A stretch of DNA of 61,863 bases from a virus. Taxonomy: Duplodnaviria > Caudoviricetes. The number at the start of each line of letters is the position of its first letter. Position 1 is the first letter of the stretch. The notes under the pieces are model-generated. The model ran no database searches. It saw only the letters and a list, made by a program, of their open reading frames with translations, and was not told where the DNA came from. The stretch spans positions 1-61,863 of IMG/VR virus record IMGVR_UViG_3300037247_000311. The stretch is one strand, 5' to 3'. The translations under genes were made by a program, and so were the position numbers. Positions 8,781 through 16,065 of this stretch are shown piece after piece.

Positions 8781-9295
8781 CAGAGAAAGCCCCTCTCTGC
8801 ATCATACTGGCCCTCATATTTCGCCCAGGCACGCTCCCAGCGAGCAACTAGGGCACGTTGGAGAGAGAAAGGAAGCGCCTCTAGGTCTACGCGGAGTAGG
8901 CTTCGACTCTCAAGGTCCTTGAACCCTTTTGGTGTAGATGCGTATTCCTTATATAGCACAATCCATTCACGGTGCCTATCCCGCCAGTCATCATCGAATC
9001 TCCACCCCCATAGCTCCCTTACCCAGCCCATCCACGGGTCTACGGGGAACTCCGGACTACCTATAACAGCAGTAGTATAGCGGGCCAACTCACGGTCTAA
9101 TGCGTACTGGAAGCCCTGTATACGATCACGCGCTTCATCATCAGAGATTTCCCTATCTGTCCAGACAGCTTCAAAGTGAAAATTGGGGTAGAGGTCAGGG
9201 TGGAAGTATTGGCAGACTTCTTGAGCAAGATCGGTTATATCCTGGGCAAGTTCCTCAGGAACGCTTTGATAAGCACGAAGGTTAAAGTCTGCCAT
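8780..9295 (-). CDS. hypothetical protein (Trp-rich)
   Basis: ORF with AAGGGG SD. Confidence 0.7.
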   Translation of the reverse strand: MADFNLRAYQSVPEELAQDITDLAQEVCQYFHPDLYPNFHFEAVWTDREISDDEARDRIQGFQYALDRELARYTTAVIGSPEFPVDPWMGWVRELWGWRFDDDWRDRHREWIVLYKEYASTPKGFKDLESRSLLRVDLEALPFSLQRALVARWERAWAKYEGQYDAERGFL

Positions 9296-9327
9296 TGTGC
9301 CCCCTTATAGTACTCCCTTAGTACGAG

Positions 9328-9477
9328 TTACTTACGAGGGGCTGTTCTGGTAACAGCGTCACGCCGCTGATCTGGACAGAGCCGTTTTGGTTCGTAATAT
9401 CTCTCTGGTGACGGCTTCTTATCTGGAGACTTCTCAGGAGCCTTTGGAGGGGCCTTCACAGGCGCTTCGGTTGGCAT
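9328..9477 (-). CDS. small Pro/Lys-rich protein (MPTEAPVKAPPKAPEK...)
   Basis: ATG at 9477 with a GGGAG SD, directly after the promoter at 9502-9531. Confidence 0.6.
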   Translation of the reverse strand: MPTEAPVKAPPKAPEKSPDKKPSPERYYEPKRLCPDQRRDAVTRTAPRK

Positions 9478-9501
9478 TAGGGTACTCCCTTCGTACCTTC
9501 C

Positions 9502-9531
9502 ATTGTAGCATAAGGTACTACTGTGTGTCAA
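9502..9531 (-). promoter_or_regulatory. sigma70-type promoter
   Basis: TTGACA-N18-TACAAT with extended -10 TG. Confidence 0.75.
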
Positions 9532-9715
9532 TAGGGGGGCTCTCTTCCTGTAATCCTATTTCCTTGTCTACATCCTTTAGCGCCGCACATACCGAACAAG
9601 GGGAATCGTGATACTGCTGACCAATAGGGATCATATCTCCATACTCAAGGGCAAGGCTCGCGTGTTCCTCTAAGAGCGCCACATATAGCTGGCGTAGTAG
9701 ACTATCTTCAGTCAT
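9518..9715 (-). CDS. hypothetical protein (CxxC)
   Basis: Likely start MTEDSLL overlapping the stop of 9712..9933, with a GGAG SD. Confidence 0.55.
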   Translation of the reverse strand: MTEDSLLRQLYVALLEEHASLALEYGDMIPIGQQYHDSPCSVCAALKDVDKEIGLQEESPPIDTQ

Positions 9716-9933
9716 CCAAATACCCTCTCCATTAGCCAGAAACCCAGCCCTGCACTCAGACCCGCTATAAATCCAGCGATTACACGTTCGGTTATGTCCT
9801 TCCAGTTCCAGGCACCACGCCAACGGAGGAAGCCAAGGATATGAGACTCAGTCTTAGGCTCCCAGCGACCATAGACGGGGTCAGGATGTTGAACCCACTC
9901 TAAAGGGTCAGGATCAGGATGCCGTGTAGACAT
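9712..9933 (-). CDS. small protein with C-terminal transmembrane helix
   Basis: GTG start after GGAGG; hydrophobic VIAGFIAGLSAGLGFWLM. Confidence 0.6.
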   Translation of the reverse strand: MSTRHPDPDPLEWVQHPDPVYGRWEPKTESHILGFLRWRGAWNWKDITERVIAGFIAGLSAGLGFWLMERVFG

Positions 9934-10453
9934 CTGGATCCTCCCACGGATTGGCCGCTTTCTCCGGTAATGGGTTCAATGCGTCTGCCCTCTCCAGATC
10001 ACTTAGCCAGAACCCGTCCATGTTCGTGAACCGTCGCTGGTATCTCCCTTGCAGCTTCCATTCCATTAGGTCATCAAGGAGTGTCCCATAGGCTATGCAG
10101 AGTTTCTGCTGGCATTCATAGTCCTCGTGGAACACAGCAGGACACCGGAGGGAAGTCTTCGGTAGGGCCTTAGTACAGTGGAGAAGTCCAACCTTACCAT
10201 ATTCACAGTGAATCCTAAAGGCCCTCTCTGCGTCCTCCAGAGACTTAGGAACATACCGCCGACACTGACGATCCTCCCATATACGAGCGCCCGCCTTTAC
10301 GCGATTCCTGTAGGTACGCATAGAGACTCTCTTCGCATGGCGGTCGTCTATGTATCGCCTAGGAGCGCCAACACGTGGTTCTTCCGTAAAGGACTCACCA
10401 CAACCACAAGCACATATGATCTGCTGGTTCCAGGGTGAGCGTTTGTCAGTCAT
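9914..10453 (-). CDS. Cys-rich putative Zn-binding / DNA-binding protein
   Basis: N-terminal CACGCG...PRRY motif followed by a basic helix; further Cys/His residues. Confidence 0.6.
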   Translation of the reverse strand: MTDKRSPWNQQIICACGCGESFTEEPRVGAPRRYIDDRHAKRVSMRTYRNRVKAGARIWEDRQCRRYVPKSLEDAERAFRIHCEYGKVGLLHCTKALPKTSLRCPAVFHEDYECQQKLCIAYGTLLDDLMEWKLQGRYQRRFTNMDGFWLSDLERADALNPLPEKAANPWEDPDVYTAS

Positions 10454-10733
10454 CAGTACTAAGGGCGTCTATGCGATCACGTAGTTCTTGGATGTCAGAG
10501 TCTCTAGCCCTACCACAAGAGCCGATACATATAGCATCGTTTAATAACTCGCCGAGCAGATCGCGCAGCGCAGGAACCATATCCGTATACCAAAGGGCCA
10601 TGGGGCGAGAAAGCGTACGACGTACCGTTTCCCATGCTTCTTCTAGTTCAGCCAATTGTGTGCCTCCTAAAGTTCCCACCCGATCTCTAGGTATCCCCAG
10701 AAACCATACCAATCCCGTCCGTTCTAGGCCCAT
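10446..10733 (-). CDS. hypothetical protein
   Basis: ORF overlapping the next gene; extended -10 TGCTACAAT just upstream. Confidence 0.55.
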   Translation of the reverse strand: MGLERTGLVWFLGIPRDRVGTLGGTQLAELEEAWETVRRTLSRPMALWYTDMVPALRDLLGELLNDAICIGSCGRARDSDIQELRDRIDALSTDD

Positions 10734-10766
10734 CTAGCAGACCTATTGTAGCACGGATCACACTAT

Positions 10767-10916
10767 TGGGGAGAAGACCTCCCCAGTTTCAACAGGCCCC
10801 GCCTTGGCTAAGCCTGTTAGCTCAGGGTTGTCCTGCCAGACCACACCTGAGGAGAACAATGCGCCCCACACCACACATCCACTACCACTCCAAAAGTGGG
10901 GCGCTTTCCTAGGAAA
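10767..10916 (-). ncRNA. candidate structured ncRNA or leader (five back-to-back stems)
   Basis: Stems at 10905-10916, 10861-10869/10896-10904, 10821-10826/10846-10851, 10791-10797/10812-10818 and 10767-10773/10779-10785, directly after a consensus promoter. Confidence 0.5.
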
Positions 10917-10922
10917 CTACTA

Positions 10923-10952
10923 ATTATACCACGAGCCAATCTCGTTTGTCAA
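10923..10952 (-). promoter_or_regulatory. consensus sigma70-type promoter
   Basis: TTGACA-N18-TATAAT with extended -10 TG; inverted repeat ACGAG-N5-CTCGT in the spacer. Confidence 0.85.
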
Positions 10953-10958
10953 GGGGAG

Positions 10959-11026
10959 TGGAGGCGGTGTGAGTTGAACACACGTTTGACAGCGGATTAC
11001 TCCGTTGCCACTTCCCCGTCGCCCCC
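10959..11026 (-). ncRNA. 68-nt tRNA-like RNA resembling a stand-alone tmRNA tRNA-like domain
   Basis: GGGGGCG/CGCCTCC-A acceptor with G3-U70; T-arm GTGTG-TTCAACT-CACAC; 9-nt unpaired D region; 10-bp stem (one mismatch) closed by a GTAA tetraloop instead of an anticodon loop. Confidence 0.75.
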
Positions 11027-11031
11027 ACATG

Positions 11032-11244
11032 CTACGCCTCTGATTTTACGTATTTTCGTATTTGTACAACCAAATCCGTAAAGGCCTCATCGTCCAATGA
11101 TAACTGAACGCGATCAGTTGCAAGAGTCTGCATTTTATCATCTTCGTAGAAGCCTTCTAGTGGCTTGTCCACCATAACCCCAACCAGCCCCGTTATAGTG
11201 ACAAGTACCGAGTCTTGGTCCTCACGTTCGATTTCCACGCACAT
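11032..11244 (-). CDS. hypothetical acidic protein
   Basis: AGGAGGT SD, own promoter; ends 5 nt before the tRNA-like element. Confidence 0.7.
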   Translation of the reverse strand: MCVEIEREDQDSVLVTITGLVGVMVDKPLEGFYEDDKMQTLATDRVQLSLDDEAFTDLVVQIRKYVKSEA

Positions 11245-11261
11245 AGATACCTCCTACTTAC

Positions 11262-11290
11262 AGTCTACTATATTACTCCCCAGAAGTCAA
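11262..11290 (-). promoter_or_regulatory. sigma70-type promoter
   Basis: TTGACT-N17-TAGACT upstream of 11032..11244. Confidence 0.6.
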
Positions 11291-11455
11291 GGCCCCTTTG
11301 ATCGGTTCTTGACACCAACACGCCCTTCCTGTCCACTGTCCAGCATAGTCAGTATGATCCTTCTTACCACATTTCTGACACTCTCGATGGCAGATGGGCG
11401 GATTTGTGTCTATAAGAATCGGTGACCGCTTCCATTTGTGATCACAATTCTCCAT
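11273..11455 (-). CDS. small Zn-finger-like protein
   Basis: AGGAGG SD; CxHxW...CxxC motif. Confidence 0.65.
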   Translation of the reverse strand: MENCDHKWKRSPILIDTNPPICHRECQKCGKKDHTDYAGQWTGRACWCQEPIKGALTSGE

Positions 11456-11473
11456 GGTTCCTCCTCACATTCC

Positions 11474-11503
11474 ATAGTAACACGGGATACCTCCCAAAGT
11501 CAA
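11474..11503 (-). promoter_or_regulatory. sigma70-type promoter
   Basis: TTGACT-N18-TACTAT with extended -10 TG. Confidence 0.65.
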
Positions 11504-11504
11504 G

Positions 11505-12250
11505 GATAGAGTAGGGGAACATATGTGCTACCCCTTACCCCTCCCCCAAAACCTGAGATTTCTACGACTGAGCAGGCATACATCCTCCTACGTGCGCGCT
11601 CCAGGTGCGCCCCCCTTCGCATGCTCGCTATGTGCATATGGGGGGTGGGGGGGTGTGATCGTACACGGGGGTATAGGGGGGTAGAAAGATGGTCCTCCAG
11701 GGTATATATGTATGTATAGAGAGGACAGCACGATGCCCGCCCTGACCACCCTTCTAGTGTAACATATATAAATGGCTTTGTCAATACCTAGCTTACCTAT
11801 ACATGTCGGTCGTGCTTAGGGGGTTTATCCGGAGAAGCCATGATACCTAGGCTACATAGGTATACCCGTCTATATAGTGATGATGGAAGGGAGGGTATGT
11901 GAGTGAGGCTACACTAACTCCCGTATCTAGCATATACTTACTTAGGCACTTAGGGTGTACTCATTGTAGCTCTTAGTATGTACCTATCTATGAATGGACC
12001 GTATGCTTACCTGGAGACTTAGTATGGACTTCCTTATACGCGCAGGCGCGATTAGAATAGACTAGGAGAACCTTAACGTTGACGTACGGGTTAGGGTCAT
12101 AGGGGGCTGCTTATCTTAGTCGGTGCTTGGCTAGGGGGTACTAAGGATAGGGTAGCATCTGGGAGTATTTAGTAGCATGACTATGGGATTTGACGCATGA
12201 GGGTACCTGCCAGCTATGGTATAACGGATTCCCGGGCTGCGGATGGCTGC
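11505..12250. other. large non-coding region between divergent arms; candidate packaging-start / origin region
   Basis: No credible ORFs; the coding strand switches here; C- and G-tracts at 11531-11547 and 11640-11681; divergent promoters. Confidence 0.5.
11756..11784 (-). promoter_or_regulatory. sigma70-type promoter
   Basis: TTGACA-N17-TACACT with extended -10 TG. Confidence 0.7.
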
Positions 12251-12258
12251 CAACAGGT

Positions 12259-12287
12259 TTGACAAAGCATGGGGGATCAGCTATGCT
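12259..12287 (+). promoter_or_regulatory. early sigma70-type promoter
   Basis: TTGACA-N17-TATGCT upstream of the first plus-strand gene. Confidence 0.75.
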
Positions 12288-12327
12288 GTATCCAGATGGT
12301 CCAGACCAGACGGATAGGAGGTCTCAC

Positions 12328-12561
12328 ATGGGAAGGACGCCAGAACAGGCAGAAGCAGAGGGGCGAGTATTCTACGTCACCGTCCTTGACGCCAAGCGTA
12401 GAGGATTCCTACTTGGCCCATACGATACGCACCAAGAAGCGAGAGCGCACGTAGGTAGAGGGCGAGACTTAGCCTGCGCCAGCAATCTCCAAGCCCACTT
12501 CTACGGCTATGGCACATGCAGTGCACCCCGCAGCTTGGTGATCAATACAGTATTTAACTAG
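12328..12561 (+). CDS. early hypothetical protein
   Basis: ATG at 12328 after AGGAGGT; in frame with track ORF 12190..12561. Confidence 0.75.
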   Translation: MGRTPEQAEAEGRVFYVTVLDAKRRGFLLGPYDTHQEARAHVGRGRDLACASNLQAHFYGYGTCSAPRSLVINTVFN

Positions 12562-12686
12562 CAGCCAAACCATCGACCAAGTCACGCGGCGGAAAGGCTA
12601 GGTGATTAGGGGAATGCCGCTAGACGGTGGTAGGGCTGAATGATTCGCAGTAGACCATGTGCTTACGCACGTGTAGGAGGAATAAC

Positions 12687-13301
12687 ATGGAAAGCAAGAC
12701 AGAGACAGCAATCCTTGAGGCCATCACAGCACAACAAGACGTACTCAAGGGCATCACTACGCGCATGGACGTGCTAGAGGAACAGGCAAGGGTGGTTACG
12801 GTCACGTCGCATGATGTGGCTGTAGCATCGCCGAAGACTATTGACAGACCGCCGAAGAGTAAGGGCCACAAGGTTACGACGATCAAGGCCGACGACCCAG
12901 AACTGCTATCCCTTCGCGGACAGATCACACGCGAGGGCAAGGCTAGGCTGATCGACAAGTGTGCAGCTCACAGCGTAGACGCGCTTCGGACGCTGATTCT
13001 CGCAGGCGGTAGGGCTGCCCGAGAGTTCATGGCCGACAAGCGTACGGCTGCCACAGCGGATGAGGAGTTCCACCTGGTAGACTCAGCCAACGGGCGCTAT
13101 GCCCACGCGCGGCTAGGCCGGATGGAAAGCGGCAAGGGACCGACGGTCGTCATCTCACACACGAAGACAGTGGGCGCGGCCAAGATGACTGCCGACATGA
13201 CAGATGAGCAGCTTCTCGCGCATAGGCCAGTGGGCGCGTCGAACAAGTACGCCGCCCGTCACGCCTGGCTGAAGCGCACGAGGGCTAACCTGGGCTCGTA
13301 G
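12687..13301 (+). CDS. early hypothetical protein (N-terminal coiled coil, basic C-terminus)
   Basis: ATG at 12687 after AGGAGG. Confidence 0.8.
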   Translation: MESKTETAILEAITAQQDVLKGITTRMDVLEEQARVVTVTSHDVAVASPKTIDRPPKSKGHKVTTIKADDPELLSLRGQITREGKARLIDKCAAHSVDALRTLILAGGRAAREFMADKRTAATADEEFHLVDSANGRYAHARLGRMESGKGPTVVISHTKTVGAAKMTADMTDEQLLAHRPVGASNKYAARHAWLKRTRANLGS

Positions 13302-13309
13302 CTAGATGG

Positions 13310-13465
13310 GAAGCCCGCCCGTGCCTTTGGGCCGAAACCCTAGCTAGGTGGGGCGGGCTTCAAGGACAGTTCCGGGCACCTGTATTTGGTAGATTTGGGC
13401 TGTCTACAGGTGTCAGTAGTAGGCGGGCTTCCCCCAGTATATCCCCCCGCCACTGGGGGAGGCCC
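13310..13465 (+). ncRNA. structured intergenic element (three long hairpins, alternative pairing possible)
   Basis: Stems at 13310-13320/13351-13361, 13376-13384/13405-13413 and 13425-13438/13452-13465. Confidence 0.5.
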
Positions 13466-13479
13466 AGCGGAGGTATAAC

Positions 13480-13665
13480 ATGCGGCGACTACTCATTCCA
13501 CTAGTGATCTTTCTGGGTTTAGCAGTATTCCCAATCCAAGCCGACGCCAAGCCCCTACGTGGGGCGTCCGAGTGTGTACGGTTCTACGTGGAGCTGGCAC
13601 AGAACATGGACGGGCCGTCAACCTTTGTGGGACGAAAGGTACAGGCAGGCTGTACGGGGCGCTAA
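13480..13665 (+). CDS. small secreted protein with signal peptide
   Basis: GGAGGT SD; MRRLLIPLVIFLGLAVFPIQADA has n/h/c regions and an AxA site. Confidence 0.65.
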   Translation: MRRLLIPLVIFLGLAVFPIQADAKPLRGASECVRFYVELAQNMDGPSTFVGRKVQAGCTGR

Positions 13666-13668
13666 CGG

Positions 13669-13911
13669 ATGGCGAATGGTAAGGGGCAGGGATGCCCCAT
13701 AGGTACGGAGGTACACATGGATGCCTTTGAGCAGCAGCGCGGGATGACAGCATACACCCAATGGTGGATAGCGCACCCCTGGCATGTTACCGGAACGCTA
13801 GAGAGTGGACAGGTGCCAGCGGACTGCAACTGTGGCTGCCAAGGGGCCACTAAATTGACGACATCGAAGAAGATGGACTCGCAACAAAGACGTGGAGGAG
13901 GACTAACATGA
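13669..13911 (+). CDS. hypothetical protein (CxCxC); start may be 13717
   Basis: GGAGGT precedes the internal ATG (MDAFEQ). Confidence 0.5.
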   Translation: MANGKGQGCPIGTEVHMDAFEQQRGMTAYTQWWIAHPWHVTGTLESGQVPADCNCGCQGATKLTTSKKMDSQQRRGGGLT

Positions 13912-14344
13912 ACATACGCAGGTGCCTTGCCCGATGGCTAACACGCGTGGAGTGGCAGCTTGGTAGGCTGTCTTGGTGGCTTGACAGCCGGGAAGCGGAG
14001 CGAGTTTCACTCGCAGCTTATGATGAGTGGCGGGGACCTGCTGGACGTGGGCGGCGATAGGTGTGGAACAAACGACAGGTCGAAGGGAAGTAACTTCTGT
14101 AGGCCCTGTAGCGACACGTCCCACATGCAAGGAGAGGAAGGAGGACTAACATGATCACACCAGACCTGATATACATGCTTGACGCGATACGCCTAGAAAT
14201 CAAGGCCATGTCGCAGCAATTAGCTATCAGCCTTAGTAGAGGAAGCACCAATCGTAGCGCCTAGTTACGAGCCCATAAAACGGGAGGTTGCTGTACCTGT
14301 GACGCGTGAACCAGTACAGGTGCGGTAAGGAAGGAGAACCATAA

Positions 14345-15385
14345 ATGACTAAACGCACATTTAATTATGGTCGGGTGGTAGCCCGTAGGAGCCTTGTGAG
14401 GTGCCTAGAAAGCTATCAGGCTAGCGTCGGGCAGGCACAAGAAGACCTAGATGCCTATGATCTTCCACGCCCTGAGGGGCCAACGCTTGATGAACTACAG
14501 GAACTTCCAGGTAGATGGCCGGAGCTAATGGGTATAGCCATCCGCAACAGGAAGATTCATGCCAAGTTTATTCCTGTATATTTTAGGAATAGCCGTGGTG
14601 CTAGGGCAATGAGTAGTGATCTACACGTAGTTCTTGACAGGGATGGGGAGCCTCGCCTAAATGGAGCACGTTCTCCCGGCATACATCCACACACACGTGG
14701 GTCTAATATATGTCGAGGAAATGTAACTAAACTTTTCTCCACTATGGTTGCTTCGAACCAAGTGATAGCATCGCTTGATCTCATTCGTCGGTGGCGTCTG
14801 GGCTATAAGTTGTCAGGTGTATATAGGGTAGGCTGGGAGGTGTGTGGGTGGCAATGGCTACATGATGTGCGGCAGGGTGTGGTTAAAACAGCCTGGGACA
14901 ATGGGCTAGTCCAAGATAACCGATCGGGTGTGGTACTCCCCTTAGAGGACGCTCTTGAAGGGAAAGTAGCTGACTATATTCATATGGGCCTACGCCAAGC
15001 GTGGGTACGCCCATCAGAGGTTAGAGACCCTGATGCTGCACCGCGTGAGTGTATTGGATGTCAGGGGCGTACGCTATTGTGCTCGTGTCATGAAGACCGT
15101 ACTTGTGTTGGCTGTCAACAGCGTCAAACTTGGTGCCTCTGTCAGGACTCAAGGTTTATTATAAACCGTGAGTTACGTTCTGGGGAGATACATGCAACTG
15201 GAGTTGTGCCCTCTGGTGAATATGATGGGCCATGTAGAGAATGTGGTGGCCCCGGCCCAAACATAGTTTACACAAGGACTGTGGGTGGTAGGGACAATTC
15301 TTCCTGCTACTATTGTGCCTCGTGTACAACATATGGTGCTGAGGCACTTAAGCTACGTGCAGAGATCGCAGGAGACGCTAAATGA
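14345..15385 (+). CDS. prokaryotic E2-like ubiquitin-conjugating protein with Cys-rich C-terminal extension
   Basis: HPH-x6-C motif (IHPHTRGSNICRGN, Cys123) matches the UBC/Prok-E2 active-site pattern HPN/H...IC; first gene of an operon with JAB, E1 and Ubl. Confidence 0.7.
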   Translation: MTKRTFNYGRVVARRSLVRCLESYQASVGQAQEDLDAYDLPRPEGPTLDELQELPGRWPELMGIAIRNRKIHAKFIPVYFRNSRGARAMSSDLHVVLDRDGEPRLNGARSPGIHPHTRGSNICRGNVTKLFSTMVASNQVIASLDLIRRWRLGYKLSGVYRVGWEVCGWQWLHDVRQGVVKTAWDNGLVQDNRSGVVLPLEDALEGKVADYIHMGLRQAWVRPSEVRDPDAAPRECIGCQGRTLLCSCHEDRTCVGCQQRQTWCLCQDSRFIINRELRSGEIHATGVVPSGEYDGPCRECGGPGPNIVYTRTVGGRDNSSCYYCASCTTYGAEALKLRAEIAGDAK

Positions 15386-16065
15386 TCTTACTCACAAAAG
15401 AAGCTCGTCAAATGATGGCCTTAGCCGTACAGAAGGCACCAGCACTAGAGGTATCTGGCTTTGGGAGAGCAGATATACAGGGGCACATGGTTGTCGTCCG
15501 CAGTATTTTCATTCCGCCACAGGAAGTTGATGCTGCACATACGGCTGTTACGGGCGATAACCTTCGTATAACTCTTGAAGCATTCATCCGTGCGGGCACA
15601 ACGCTTGCACAATGGCCTGTATGGTGGCATTCGCACTGTAGTATGGGCGTTATGCCGTCACCACAGGACTATACAACACTTGAGCTGTTAGCTGAAGAGT
15701 TACCAGACTTAGGCTGGTTTGCGGGTATTGTTACCAACACAAAAGGGGAGTACCACGGCTGGATAGAGATAACGAGACCACTACCGTTGTCTGCCGAAGT
15801 AGACGTAGTACATGATCTAGAACAAGTACCTAAGAAGCTACATACAAGGGTAGACGAGATGATGAAACAGGTTAAGCCAACGGTGTATGCTCCCGCTCGA
15901 AGGGGCATACCGAATGTTACACATCATGATATGTGTACTTGTACCACATGTATGGCTAATGCACAAGCTGACATTGCGGAGGGCCAAAACGAGGAGGAGC
16001 TTATACGAGAGATGCGAGCATCGGGTATGTTCTTAGGAACACGAGCGGGAGAGGATGAAGTATGA
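15382..16065 (+). CDS. JAB/MPN+ (JAMM) metallo-isopeptidase
   Basis: Complete JAMM motif E23...H83-S-H85-x7-S93-x2-D96 (EVSGFG...WWHSHCSMGVMPSPQD); ATGA overlaps on both sides. Confidence 0.92.
   Translation: MILLTKEARQMMALAVQKAPALEVSGFGRADIQGHMVVVRSIFIPPQEVDAAHTAVTGDNLRITLEAFIRAGTTLAQWPVWWHSHCSMGVMPSPQDYTTLELLAEELPDLGWFAGIVTNTKGEYHGWIEITRPLPLSAEVDVVHDLEQVPKKLHTRVDEMMKQVKPTVYAPARRGIPNVTHHDMCTCTTCMANAQADIAEGQNEEELIREMRASGMFLGTRAGEDEV

Noticed and set aside
10959-11026. Canonical tRNA-Ala, full tmRNA, or attP remnant
   Set aside because: There is no D-stem or 7-nt anticodon loop, no tag reading frame or pseudoknot region, and no integrase in the genome; both acceptor strands are present and paired, unlike an att fragment.
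11500-11784. ORFs in the central non-coding region
   Set aside because: Low-complexity G/C tracts, no SD, and overlap with promoters.
12190-12225. TTGACG...TATGGT/TATAAC as an additional early promoter
   Set aside because: Spacing is 19 or 24 bp; only the extended -10 is plausible, so it was not called.
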